NCBI GenBank assembly: GCA_044222185.1
Contig: JBGANV010000005.1
Location: 320,001-384,000, forward strand
DNA from: Planctomycetota bacterium
GTDB taxonomy: Bacteria; Planctomycetota; GCA-002687715; CAIWVZ01
DNA: 64,000 nucleotides
Direction: 5' to 3'
The notes under the pieces were generated by a model, which was given only the letters and a program-made list of their open reading frames with translations, was not told where the DNA came from and ran no database searches. Below, piece after piece: positions 49,701 to 58,598 of this stretch; the first letter of the stretch is position 1; each line of letters starts with the position of its first letter. The position numbers and the translations under genes were made by a program.

Positions 49701-50430
49701 GCTTCTCGCCGAGCGTGTGCCGGACGAACCACAGGCCCGTCCCGTCGGGCGCGAGCCACGGATCGCGATCGATCCACAGCTCGTTCGGCTTGTCGATCTC
49801 GAAGACCGGCCGTTGCCCACCGGCCGCGTCGACGAGGATGAGCCTGCCATTTTGACCGCGGTTGGCGTTCGGATCGCGTCGCACGAAGACCCAACCGCCG
49901 TCCGGATCCGCGCAGGCGTCCGTCTCGTCCAGCTCCGTGTTGATCCCGTCCGGCAAGCGGTGAACGTCCGTCACGCGCAGCCCCACGAGGCGCGCCGACC
50001 ACAAGTCGAATCCGCCGGCGCCGCCATCGCGATCCGACGCGAAGACGATGCCACCATCGGGCGCGAGCGCGGGGGAAAGGTCGTGGCCAGGTGCGTTCAG
50101 CCCCGGTGGCGCGATGGCGCCCATGTCCCGGTGCGCGGGGTCGAACACCACGAGGTCGGTGCTGCCATCGGCGAGCCGGCGAGCATAGAGATAGCGACCA
50201 TCCGGCAGCGGTTGGACGCGTCCCTCGACGGGCCCCGGCAACTCCGTCTCGGGGCGCGGTCGGTCCCACACGAGCTGTGTCGCGGCGACGAGCTCGGTCG
50301 CGGCGATCGGCGATCGTCCGTCGGTGTAGTAGAGCGGCCGACCCGTTCGGAGGAACACGTAGCCCGCGAGCGCCGCGACGAACACGGCGATCGCACCACG
50401 CATCATCCAGCGACGAGTCTGCGTCGTCAC
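46741..50430 (-). CDS. Membrane protein: TolB/PD40-like propeller, TM helices with SxxxH, Ala/Pro/Gly repeat linker, prenyltransferase/squalene-oxidase-repeat (alpha/alpha) barrel
   Basis: SPALAPDG...FASDRDGGAGGFDLW. SLLVH TM helix. GLAYLARIQNKDGSW, QQN...GGWGY and GQSDDGSF repeats. GTGA overlap with exbD. Confidence 0.75.
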   Translation of the reverse strand: MTTQTRRWMMRGAIAVFVAALAGYVFLRTGRPLYYTDGRSPIAATELVAATQLVWDRPRPETELPGPVEGRVQPLPDGRYLYARRLADGSTDLVVFDPAHRDMGAIAPPGLNAPGHDLSPALAPDGGIVFASDRDGGAGGFDLWSARLVGLRVTDVHRLPDGINTELDETDACADPDGGWVFVRRDPNANRGQNGRLILVDAAGGQRPVFEIDKPNELWIDRDPWLAPDGTGLWFVRHTLGEKPVVMRTWRHAGQFVEPFAMPELALGGEARGPVSVDKGFGLMLVKPTDPALVYRASAHEVYPWWEGQRDLERLLILAMIAAVLILLLLQLGKRFRTLDFITWCVILSLLVHLLVLWLLRDVQLVTTLKPVAPYVGGLEVDLVSSASGGSPSSGGAAGDSAAAMARELQFSGHADAPTAVAPGSEVVMVDRTSGDRATPDLPTTAAPAENAAVAKAELTNDLKDAAPSPDVKSGHDVTQTEVAASPLPAPAQDQSVTATGRTTAAVDERIVVNVPGSAVGGTGPSGASGARVGSAAVPAPDSGAPLAAGAMTAPQAGVSDAPSKDSSAIASRSGHDGDAAPIAPSSTAGAAGPSGQPLAAKATRPAPPAGAGDGDRTIGVAMPGSAVESGRSSGRAAPELPSMNGTPLVARGVHAPTAGVADGIAAVAKEAGGTRGGHDAGPAPLKPSVDAGGHGPTGQPVLAGAARRQTSDLGTSGERPASVVVPGSALERGGAHLASAVDVPSMGGARFAARSLPGPSDMPLRDAIVATGRAHRPGRDASGTMGSTGGAGALRPLDLPGFGGPASAAVSKPGRTAAPTDDRGDGGLAASVTLPGSLVEPAPRASRGAPAMPAIALGGTVFQNRFGPGKVEALEKFGGTRETEAAVAKGLAYLARIQNKDGSWGDPRTVDPKYGHVTVGKTGLCLLAFLGAGHAPGGDGPYAGNTTRAVNYLLKIQDQESGHFGETSSYSHGISTYALAECFGLTKDARLKEPVQRAVDWIVSQQNRSRDKRSKGGWGYFSASLSPEDGFARTSISAWQVMALESAKLSGFRVRDDVLPLAKSFLLQEYDAQTGCFLYNREPSRLASNWRTLPASTPAAVFALLLLGTPKDDGRLTAGLEFTLERRPTDYRRFSSDEFVRMAAGNVYFWYYGSLACFMAGGDTWTRWNAALKQVLPRGQSDDGSFEPIDEYARLAGDTRSNRAYTTAMCVLSLEVYYRYFTPLLLGR

Positions 50431-50849
50431 CGAGGTTGTCCCTCACCGTCCGGTTGAGCCGCGATCGAGACCTTGCGGAGCGATGCACCCAGGCACGCGT
50501 CGAACGCCTTGGCGACGACGCCGAACTGCGCCGACGTGTCGCCGCGGATGAGGACCTCCTGGTCCTTGTTCCGCTGGGCGGCGGACTTCAGTTTCTGGTG
50601 CAACGCCTCGACCGTCACGACGCGGCCGTCGACGTGGAGCGCCCCATCCCGCGTCACGTTGATGACGAGGAGGTGGGCATCCTTGCCCGCCTTGCCGTTG
50701 CGAGCCTCGGGCAGCGTGAGTCCCATCTCGACCTGCTCGACGGCGAACGTAGTCGACGCCAGGAAGAAGATCAGGAGGAGGAACACCATGTCGATCATCG
50801 GCGTGAGGTTGATCGTCGCCTCTTCCTCCTCGCCGCGGTCAAGACGCAT
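50427..50849 (-). CDS. exbD: Biopolymer transport protein ExbD/TolR
   Basis: INLTPMIDMVFLLLIFF with the conserved Asp, and VLIRGD. Confidence 0.92.
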   Translation of the reverse strand: MRLDRGEEEEATINLTPMIDMVFLLLIFFLASTTFAVEQVEMGLTLPEARNGKAGKDAHLLVINVTRDGALHVDGRVVTVEALHQKLKSAAQRNKDQEVLIRGDTSAQFGVVAKAFDACLGASLRKVSIAAQPDGEGQPR

Positions 50850-51513
50850 GGGTCACCGTCGCCGGGCGGAACGCGATGCGGTCGACGACCGGGCTCAGCT
50901 TCTCCTCCACGAGCGTCACCAGGCGGCGCACACGACTCGTGAGGTGTGCCGAGAGGACGACGACGGGAATGGCCACGAGCAACCCGCCGATCGTCGTGAT
51001 CAGCGCAACCTCGATCCCGTGCGCGAGCTGCTCCGGCTTGCCCATGCCTACCTTGGCCACCACGCTGAACGCCTCGTGGATTCCGACGACGGTCCCGAAC
51101 AGTCCGAGCAGCGGAGCCAGATTGGCGATGATGTTGAGGGGCCGGATGTTGCCTCGAAGGCGTTCCAGTTCCTTCGAAGCCTGATCCTGCATGGCGGTTT
51201 CGATCTCCTGCGTCGTGAAGCCCGCGCGACGCAGGCCGGCGGCGAGGATCCGCGACGCCGGGGCGTCGACCTTCTTGCAGGCGTCCAGGGCCGCCGCCAC
51301 GTCGCCGCGTTCGGCGGTGGCGATCACTTCGTCCAGGGCCCTGGGGCAGACGCGACCCCGCGACAGCTTCGCATACCGTTCGGCCGCGAACGCCAGCGCA
51401 ATGACCGAGCAGATCCCGATGGGGACCATGATCGGGCCGCCGGAGGCGAGGAAGTCCCAGGCGCTCTGCAGCGTCGCCACTTCGTTCATGTTGAGGAGCG
51501 GGAACATCGTCAT
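50839..51513 (-). CDS. exbB: MotA/TolQ/ExbB proton channel protein
   Basis: GGPIMVPI, APLLGLFGTVVGI and GIEVALITTIGGLLVAIP. Start overlaps the TPR stop (TGATG). Confidence 0.92.
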   Translation of the reverse strand: MTMFPLLNMNEVATLQSAWDFLASGGPIMVPIGICSVIALAFAAERYAKLSRGRVCPRALDEVIATAERGDVAAALDACKKVDAPASRILAAGLRRAGFTTQEIETAMQDQASKELERLRGNIRPLNIIANLAPLLGLFGTVVGIHEAFSVVAKVGMGKPEQLAHGIEVALITTIGGLLVAIPVVVLSAHLTSRVRRLVTLVEEKLSPVVDRIAFRPATVTHAS

Positions 51514-54500
51514 CAGCCTCCGAGTGATCCGAGCCTGTTGCGGGCTTCCTTCGCCGACTCCGACTCGGGGAAGCGCTGCAAGAGCTCCGCATAGAGTTTG
51601 CGAGCCTTGTCTTTCTGATCGCGATCCTCGAAGCACCGCCCCGCGAGGAGGAGGCCCTGCGAGACCCATTGCGGGTGCGTGTAGAGAATCGAGAGTTTCA
51701 GGAACGCGTCCACGGAGCCGTCGAGCTCTCCCCGGTCGCGGCGGGATTCGCCGAGCCGGAACTGGGCCTCGGCCGCCAGTTCGCCGTCACTCAGCTGCGT
51801 GACCTTCGTGAGCGCAGCCTCCGCCGCGGCGTAGTCCTTGAGCTCGATGCGCCCTCGTCCGACGAGCAAATTCGCCCGGGCCGACGCTGCGCGGTCCTTC
51901 CCGTCATCACGGGCGATGAACTGCTCGGCGGCGGCGACGGCCTCGGACGGGCGCCGCAACGCCATCTCGCAGGTCGCGAGCGAAAGGCGTCCACCTTGCG
52001 CTCGCGCGTGGTCGGGAGATTCCTTCACCATCCTGCGGAGCGGCGGTGCTGCCGCCTCCCATTGCCCGAGCCGCGTCCGGGTCTCGCCCACGAGGAACAG
52101 GCCTTCATGGAACAACTCCCCCTCGCCGAGGGCGACGAGCGCCTCGAACGCGGTTGCCGCGTCGGCCAGACGATTCTCGTCCAGCAGGCTGAACCCGGCC
52201 CGATAGAGCGCGCGCGCCTGATGTTTGCCCTTCACCCCGGCGAACATCTCGCGGGCAGCATCGCCCTTCTTCTCTGCGAGGAGCGCCTCGCCGATCTGCG
52301 TGCGGGCCTCACCGGCGAGGTCGTCGTCCTTCGAGGACTCGACGACGTGGCGGAACGCGTCGATCGCCGCCGGCTTGTCATTCAACCTCTGACAGCACCA
52401 CGCGAGCTCGTACCAGACGCGATCCGGCCTCGCCGTCGCGTTCGCTGCGGCGAGCCGCGCAAGGCGAGACCGCGCGGCCTCATCCTTCCCCGAGCGCGCC
52501 TGGGCCACGGCGAGCGCGTAGCTCACGTCCGCGGCGCGGGCATGTTTGGCAAAGCGGCCGAGAAAATCCGTCGCCGACGCCTCGGCCTCCGCCCAACGCT
52601 CCTTCTTCACGTGAAGCGTCGTCAGGAGCTCGAGCAGGCTCGCCGCGAGGTCACCGACCGCGGGGTGCGCGAGGCCGCGCGCGACCTCGCGCCGGCATCC
52701 CCCGTCGTCATCCAGCTCGAAAGCGCACCATGCAAGCCCTTCGATGGCCCGGGCACCGGTCGTGCCCTCGACGGCCGCGAGCTTCGCGTAGGCATCCCGC
52801 GCGCCTTCGAAGTCGCCCTGCTGGAAGAGGATCTCGGCGGCCTGCAGCCGGTCGGTCGTCATCTCCTCGGGCGTGGCGCCGCTGGCGGAAGACGCCGCCG
52901 CAAGCCGTTCCGAGGCTCCCCGGAGATTCCCCTGCTTCTTCAGGACGCGGGCGGCGACGCGTTCCGTCCGCCCCAGGAACGAACCCTGCCGGTAACGGGC
53001 CCGGTACCGATCCGCGGCGGCGAGCGCCGCGTCATCGTCGCCAGCCTGCAATGCGGCCAGCGCGACCATGGAGAGCGCCTCCTCGCCGAGCGCGTCCTTC
53101 TCCTGTCCCGCCGCGAGGGCGCCGAAGGCCTCTGCGGCCTCCTTCGCGCGCCCGGCGAGATACGTGCACCACGCACGCTTGAACGCGGCCTTGCGCGCCA
53201 GCGGATGATCTGCGGGAACGGCGGCGAAAATCGGTGCGGCCTCGTCGAATCTCTTGAGCGCAAAGAGATTCTCGGCCTCGGCGAACTTCGCCTGGACGGC
53301 CAGCCGGTGCTGCGGCTGTGACGACGTCAGCGTTCGAAGCCGCGCGAGCGCGGCGTCGAACTGACCGAGCTTGTGGAGCGCGAGAGCCTCGCCGTACAGC
53401 GCGTCTCCTGCGAGCGCCGCATCCGCGGCGCCGGCCGCCTGCCTGTACTCCGGTGCGGCCTTCTCCCATCGTTCCTGCGCGGCGAGCGCCTCGGCGAGCT
53501 GGTAATGGAGGCGAGTCGTCGTCACCGGGTCCTTGGCGACGGCGAGTGCCTGCTCGAACAAGGGAGCTGCCTCGGCAGCCTTCCCGCCGTCGAGCAGAGC
53601 CACCCCGCGCAGCTCGAGCGACGGCGCCATGAGCTCGGGTGACGTCTTGTCGCTTCCGGCGAGCTCGCCCAGCTCCTTCGCCGCCTGATCGGCCTTGCCC
53701 TGCTTGTAGAGGATGCGTCCGATCTCCAGCCTCGCGCGGGCCAGGTGCGGAGAGTCCGGGTATTTCTTGACGATCTCGCGGAGGAACGGAAGCGCGTCGT
53801 CCGGCTTGCCGCCGTCGATGCGGCATCGCGCCAGCCCCATCGCCGCATCGTCCGCGAATTCGCCGCCGGCCTTCTTCGCGATCGCGAGCGCTCGATCAGC
53901 AGCCTCGAAGTCGCCGGCGCGAAGGGCCGCCTCGCCCTGGAGATAGCGACACTCGGCGGCGGCAGCATGTGCCGGATACCTGTCGGCCACGGCGCCAAAC
54001 GCCTGCGACGCGTCCGCCGCCTTGCCCCCGTTCAACAAGATGAAGCCAGCGGCGTAGAGGGCCGGCGCCGCGTACTGGCCATCCTTCGATTTGTCCGATT
54101 GGGCCGACGAGACGAAGGCCGTCAGCGCCTGGTCCGTCTTGCCCGCATCCCGCCAGCACTCGCCAGCCGCGAACTGGGATGCCGCGCTCAAATAGTGATC
54201 GGCCCCCGACTCCTCGACGAGCTTCTGATACTGCTCGGCGGCCTCGCCGTGGCGGTTGGCGACCTTCAACGCGTTGCCGAGTCGATAGCGACACTCGGGT
54301 CGAAGCTCGAAGGCCTCCCCCTTCGCGAGAGCGCGCTGGAACGCGACGATCGCCTGGTCGTTCTGCTTGAGCTCGGCGCGACAGGTGCCGAGCCGATACC
54401 AGCCCTCGGTCGCCATGCGATGACGCGGCGACTCCTTCAGGAACTGCTCCAGTTGCTGAGCAGCCTCGTCGTGAAGGCCGCGCTGGATCAACCCGAGCGC

Positions 54501-54599
54501 GAGCTGGAATTTCTCGGGGGGACGCGCATCGGGCTCCTGCGCGAGGGCGAGTCCGGATGCGAGGGTCAAGGCGAGGAGGACGGCCGGACGGGACACCAT
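51513..54599 (-). CDS. Periplasmic tetratricopeptide-repeat protein (CpoB/BamD-like repeats), 1028 aa
   Basis: Signal peptide MVSRPAVLLALTLASGLALAQ. More than 20 TPR-like units (e.g. KKYPDSPHLARARL, LLQRFPESESAKEA). Confidence 0.88.
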   Translation of the reverse strand: MVSRPAVLLALTLASGLALAQEPDARPPEKFQLALGLIQRGLHDEAAQQLEQFLKESPRHRMATEGWYRLGTCRAELKQNDQAIVAFQRALAKGEAFELRPECRYRLGNALKVANRHGEAAEQYQKLVEESGADHYLSAASQFAAGECWRDAGKTDQALTAFVSSAQSDKSKDGQYAAPALYAAGFILLNGGKAADASQAFGAVADRYPAHAAAAECRYLQGEAALRAGDFEAADRALAIAKKAGGEFADDAAMGLARCRIDGGKPDDALPFLREIVKKYPDSPHLARARLEIGRILYKQGKADQAAKELGELAGSDKTSPELMAPSLELRGVALLDGGKAAEAAPLFEQALAVAKDPVTTTRLHYQLAEALAAQERWEKAAPEYRQAAGAADAALAGDALYGEALALHKLGQFDAALARLRTLTSSQPQHRLAVQAKFAEAENLFALKRFDEAAPIFAAVPADHPLARKAAFKRAWCTYLAGRAKEAAEAFGALAAGQEKDALGEEALSMVALAALQAGDDDAALAAADRYRARYRQGSFLGRTERVAARVLKKQGNLRGASERLAAASSASGATPEEMTTDRLQAAEILFQQGDFEGARDAYAKLAAVEGTTGARAIEGLAWCAFELDDDGGCRREVARGLAHPAVGDLAASLLELLTTLHVKKERWAEAEASATDFLGRFAKHARAADVSYALAVAQARSGKDEAARSRLARLAAANATARPDRVWYELAWCCQRLNDKPAAIDAFRHVVESSKDDDLAGEARTQIGEALLAEKKGDAAREMFAGVKGKHQARALYRAGFSLLDENRLADAATAFEALVALGEGELFHEGLFLVGETRTRLGQWEAAAPPLRRMVKESPDHARAQGGRLSLATCEMALRRPSEAVAAAEQFIARDDGKDRAASARANLLVGRGRIELKDYAAAEAALTKVTQLSDGELAAEAQFRLGESRRDRGELDGSVDAFLKLSILYTHPQWVSQGLLLAGRCFEDRDQKDKARKLYAELLQRFPESESAKEARNRLGSLGG

Positions 54600-54819
54600 C
54601 GACGGACTCCTGTTTCGGCGGGGCGGCGCGAGGGGGGCGGGACGAGGTCGGAGCGGGCTCGAGCAACAGATCAGTACGCATTCGCGACGACGACACTTCA
54701 TCGCGAAGAACTTTTTTGGGACTCACGACGCGCGAGCGGCATCGTGCATCGAGAGGACCGATGGACGCATCACCGGTGTCGGACGATGACGGGACTCGAC
54801 GGGTAACAGGCCACTACGG

Positions 54820-54847
54820 TTGACAACGCCGCGAGTCGCGCCACACT
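54820..54847 (+). promoter_or_regulatory. Putative sigma70-type promoter
   Basis: TTGACA-16 bp-CACACT, ending 10 bp before ATG 54858, in a divergent intergenic region. Confidence 0.45.
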
Positions 54848-54857
54848 GGGGGCCTTC

Positions 54858-56999
54858 ATGGATTTCGCAAGTGCTGAACCCACGACACGACGGCGCGCGG
54901 TCGTGGGAGTGGTCGTCGTCGCGGTTGCGGCGCTGACCGCAGTGGGCCACGTGTCGTGGATGTCGCTGACCGGGTTCCTCACGCGCCCGCCATCCATGGA
55001 CGCTGGCTGGGATCGCCTCGACGCCGATGCGATGCTCGACCGGCTGCGCGATGGGGGCGTCGGTCGGTGGCTCACCGAGGGGATCACTCGCCCGGGGACG
55101 CATCCCCCGCTGCTCCAGATGCTCGTGGGGATGGTGGCGAGCTTCACCGGCGGCGAAGTCACGACGGGCACCTACACGATCGTCATGACGGGCGCCCTCG
55201 TCGCGTTCGTGCTGGGCGCGTGGAGGCTGGCTCGCAGCGTCGCCGGCCCCCGAGCTGCAGCGCTCGCGGCGGCCCTCGCCGCGACCGCGCCGGTCGTGCT
55301 CACCTCGCCGCGCCAGCTCCGACCTCAGTTCGCCATGGCTGCCGCGAGCCTGTGGGCACTGAACGCCATCGTCCGCAGCGAGGGGTTCACACGGCGGGGG
55401 CCGTCCATCGCCGCCGGTTGTCTGGTGGCGATCGCCGCGCTCGTGAAGATGCTGGCACCCGTCGAGGTCGCTGGCGCCGTCATCGTCGCTGCCGCCATGG
55501 GATGGGCGCGCGAGGGATGGAAGCGCGTCTTCGCGAACCTGGCGCTGGCCGGGGCCGCGTGCGCAGCGCTCGCCGCGCCGTGGTACGCCACCAACCTCGC
55601 GAGCGCCCTGCGGTACGCCCGGTGGGTGTCCGATGCCGAAGGCCAGGCCCGATTCTCGGGGAGCCTGGGAACGTTCGACCTCGGGAGGTGGACCTACTAT
55701 CCCCTCAATCTCGTGAACAACGGCTTCGGGGCCATGCTCGCGGCGGGCGTCCTCGCGTCCGCCGTCCTGCTCTTCGTGTGCCGACGCCGCGCTGCGGACG
55801 CGGCGCCAGACGGCGGCCGATCCTCGGCCCTCGCGGTGATGCTCGCCGCTCCCATCGTCGCCTTCCCGGTGATCACGCTGGGCACCGTGACCCTCCACAG
55901 CCACTACGTCGTGGGCTTCATCCCGGTCGGATGCGCTCTCGTGGGAGCGGCCGTCGATCGCCTGAGCGGCAAGCCCCGTACGACGGCCTTCACCGTGGGG
56001 ATCGTGATCGCCCTGCTCGATGGCGTGCTCGCGTTGCGGTCACCGCGAGCCGACGTCCCCCTCGCCACGATCGGGCCGATCGAACTCCTCGGGCAGGCGG
56101 ACCCGCTCACCGCACCCCAAGCCCTGGCGGTCGGGGAGCCGGAACTCCCGGGCAGCGAGGCCTCGACGAACGTCCACGTCGCAGGCCGGATGCTCCGAGA
56201 AACGACCCGACCCGAACCGCGCTTCGTCGTCGTCCACCCGGTCGGCGCCGAACATCCATTCATCAGTCCGCAGAACATCCTCCACGAGATCCACCGCCTC
56301 GGCCGCGAGGCGGAAGCGGTCGACTTCGACGAGTTCCTCTCCGCCTCGGGCGGGGTGACGATGGAGCGGCTGCGGTCCCTCGACTTCGTGGTGCTGGATG
56401 AACGACTGATGGAATCAGGAACGCTTCTGGCAGCGCTCGACGCGGCGAGAGTGCCGGCGAGCTCGGCAGGTCGAGTCTTCATCGGCCCGCGATCGACGAT
56501 CGCGCTGGTGCGCATCGAGCCGGACGACGCCGAACGGCCCGACTCGCGCCCCCTCGAGAAACCCGGCGTCCAGCGAGTGAACGTGCGGTTCTCGCTCGGG
56601 CTCACGCTTCGGGGGTTTGCGATCGGCGGCGGGGTCGGCACGGCGCCAGGTCTCAGGACCATCTGGAGCCAGCACGGAATGGTCCCCACACCCCTCGACG
56701 CCGTCGTCTACCTGGAGCAACCCGGCGAGCCGGCGAGACCAAGACGGTTCCGCCTGCGCGCGGACCCGCTGGGCGAGGGCGAGCTGCGGGTGATCACCTT
56801 CGACGGGTTCGACTCGCCGGGCCGGGGGCCTGCGATCCCGGCGAACGTCCCCGCCCGCTTTCGGCTCGCGCTCGTTCCTGGCGGCGAGCATTCGACTCCG
56901 GCGACGATCGAGTCGTCGGACCTGCCGAAGGTCGGAGGCTCGTGGGTCGCGATCCCGCTCGGTGACGCGCCCGATGGGGCCGCATCGCGCGGTCGCTGA
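54858..56999 (+). CDS. GT-C fold (ArnT/PMT-like) membrane glycosyltransferase
   Basis: About 11 TM helices, HPPL motif, A.LVK, APWY and a C-terminal soluble domain. Confidence 0.7.
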   Translation: MDFASAEPTTRRRAVVGVVVVAVAALTAVGHVSWMSLTGFLTRPPSMDAGWDRLDADAMLDRLRDGGVGRWLTEGITRPGTHPPLLQMLVGMVASFTGGEVTTGTYTIVMTGALVAFVLGAWRLARSVAGPRAAALAAALAATAPVVLTSPRQLRPQFAMAAASLWALNAIVRSEGFTRRGPSIAAGCLVAIAALVKMLAPVEVAGAVIVAAAMGWAREGWKRVFANLALAGAACAALAAPWYATNLASALRYARWVSDAEGQARFSGSLGTFDLGRWTYYPLNLVNNGFGAMLAAGVLASAVLLFVCRRRAADAAPDGGRSSALAVMLAAPIVAFPVITLGTVTLHSHYVVGFIPVGCALVGAAVDRLSGKPRTTAFTVGIVIALLDGVLALRSPRADVPLATIGPIELLGQADPLTAPQALAVGEPELPGSEASTNVHVAGRMLRETTRPEPRFVVVHPVGAEHPFISPQNILHEIHRLGREAEAVDFDEFLSASGGVTMERLRSLDFVVLDERLMESGTLLAALDAARVPASSAGRVFIGPRSTIALVRIEPDDAERPDSRPLEKPGVQRVNVRFSLGLTLRGFAIGGGVGTAPGLRTIWSQHGMVPTPLDAVVYLEQPGEPARPRRFRLRADPLGEGELRVITFDGFDSPGRGPAIPANVPARFRLALVPGGEHSTPATIESSDLPKVGGSWVAIPLGDAPDGAASRGR

Positions 57000-57010
57000 C
57001 GCCGATCGCC

Positions 57011-58471
57011 CTACTGGAACGTGACCGTGAGCGTGTTGCTCAGGACCGTTCGGCCGACGACCCCTCCGCCGCCCTGGGCATACAGCGTCACGCCCGCCAG
57101 GAGCGGATCGTTCGGGATCGCGAACGGGAACGTGAGCCGACCCGGTGCCGGCATGGCGAAGAACGGGAACAGCTCGAAGTAGGCCCCGGGAATGGCGAGG
57201 CTGATCCCGAGCGTCCCGTAGGGAGGCAGCGGCGTGTTGTCCGGCAACGACGACAGGATGACGATCATCCCGTCGTTCACGGCCGACTCGAGCGTGAGCG
57301 TCGCCACGCCTCCGATGGGTGCGGGAGTGGGAGTCAGCGCGAGCCCGGGCGTCTTCAGGAAGGCGACGGAACGGCACGCGGAGATCAGCGTGCTGGCGGC
57401 GGCCGTCGAATACACGTCGGTCTTCTCGCCGGGGCCCGTGCAATCGCCGTTCGAGTCCAGGTCCGCGAGCGCGTACACGCGGTCCGGGCTCTGGTCCTCG
57501 GCGACGAAGAGGCGGCCATCGGAGCCCACGGCCGCGATCCACATGTCGCTGGCGCTCCCCACGGCGTAGTAGAGCCGCTCCTCGGGGCCGCCGAGCGTGA
57601 TCGTCTGGTCGGCGTTCATGTCGCGCACCTTCGTGATGCGCTCGGACGAGTTCCCGCGATCATTCACGTAGAAGGTGTCCGCCCGGTCGATGCTGAACCC
57701 CCACAGGAACGCGGCGGTCGCCGGGGGCGTGGGAATGTAGAACGGCGAGATCTCCCCCGGATCGTTGCAGTTGCCGTTGGGGATCACGTCGTCGTGGAGC
57801 CGGTAGATGCCGCGGGGCCGGCCGGTCGTCGTCCCGTTCTCGAGGAAGTAGACCGTGCCGTCCGAGGCGACGACGACGGACGTGGGGATCGATTCGCCGA
57901 CGGCGCCGCCGGGCGCGATGATCGCGTAGTTCGACGCTTCGCCCGTGTCGTTCGCATCGCCATCGGCGTTCAGGTCCTGGAGCCTGACGACCGCGTCCAC
58001 ACCACCGCTCGTGGTGTTGGAGCTCGCGACCCACAGGACGCCGTCCACGCCGACGGCGATGCCCCAGGCGGACGCGATGCTGACGCCGCTCGCATTCGAC
58101 GACGAGTTGAACCACACCGTGGCCTCGCCCGGTGAACTCGCGAGCCCGTCGCCGTCCTGATCGACGAGACGCAGGATGCGATCCTGGATCGAGGTCGGAT
58201 TGTCGGTGACGAACACCGAGCCGTCCGTCGCGACGGCCATCGCCGTGAGGTCCGTCGCCGTGATCCCGCTGTTCCCCGAGGAGAAGAATGGCTGCACCTC
58301 GCCGGCGTCGTTCCAGTCGCCGTCCAGGTTGAGGTCGCTCATCCGCCAGATCCGGTCCGAACTGGGGTCGGCGACGAGGAGATCGACGGTGTTCAGGAAG
58401 GGCGCGGTCTGCTGGGCTGCGAGGGTCGCCGCGATCAGCGCGGCGCCGAGGAAGAACCGGACGTGGGGCAT
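57011..58471 (-). CDS. Secreted beta-propeller protein with DxNxDG Ca-binding loops and C-terminal beta-sandwich (486 aa)
   Basis: Signal peptide MPHVRFFLGAALIAATLAAQ. Six repeats with DLNLDGD, DQDGDG, DLNADGD and DLDSNGD loops. Confidence 0.75.
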   Translation of the reverse strand: MPHVRFFLGAALIAATLAAQQTAPFLNTVDLLVADPSSDRIWRMSDLNLDGDWNDAGEVQPFFSSGNSGITATDLTAMAVATDGSVFVTDNPTSIQDRILRLVDQDGDGLASSPGEATVWFNSSSNASGVSIASAWGIAVGVDGVLWVASSNTTSGGVDAVVRLQDLNADGDANDTGEASNYAIIAPGGAVGESIPTSVVVASDGTVYFLENGTTTGRPRGIYRLHDDVIPNGNCNDPGEISPFYIPTPPATAAFLWGFSIDRADTFYVNDRGNSSERITKVRDMNADQTITLGGPEERLYYAVGSASDMWIAAVGSDGRLFVAEDQSPDRVYALADLDSNGDCTGPGEKTDVYSTAAASTLISACRSVAFLKTPGLALTPTPAPIGGVATLTLESAVNDGMIVILSSLPDNTPLPPYGTLGISLAIPGAYFELFPFFAMPAPGRLTFPFAIPNDPLLAGVTLYAQGGGGVVGRTVLSNTLTVTFQ

Positions 58472-58598
58472 GGGCGAACTCCGAAGGGTCGACGTCGTCT
58501 CGCGTGGTGGGTGCACGCCGTCCGTTCGACGGCGAGGGCGAAGCGTACACGCCGAGGCCCCGCCCAGGTCAATCCGCTCGCGTCGCCGCGCCCCGCTC

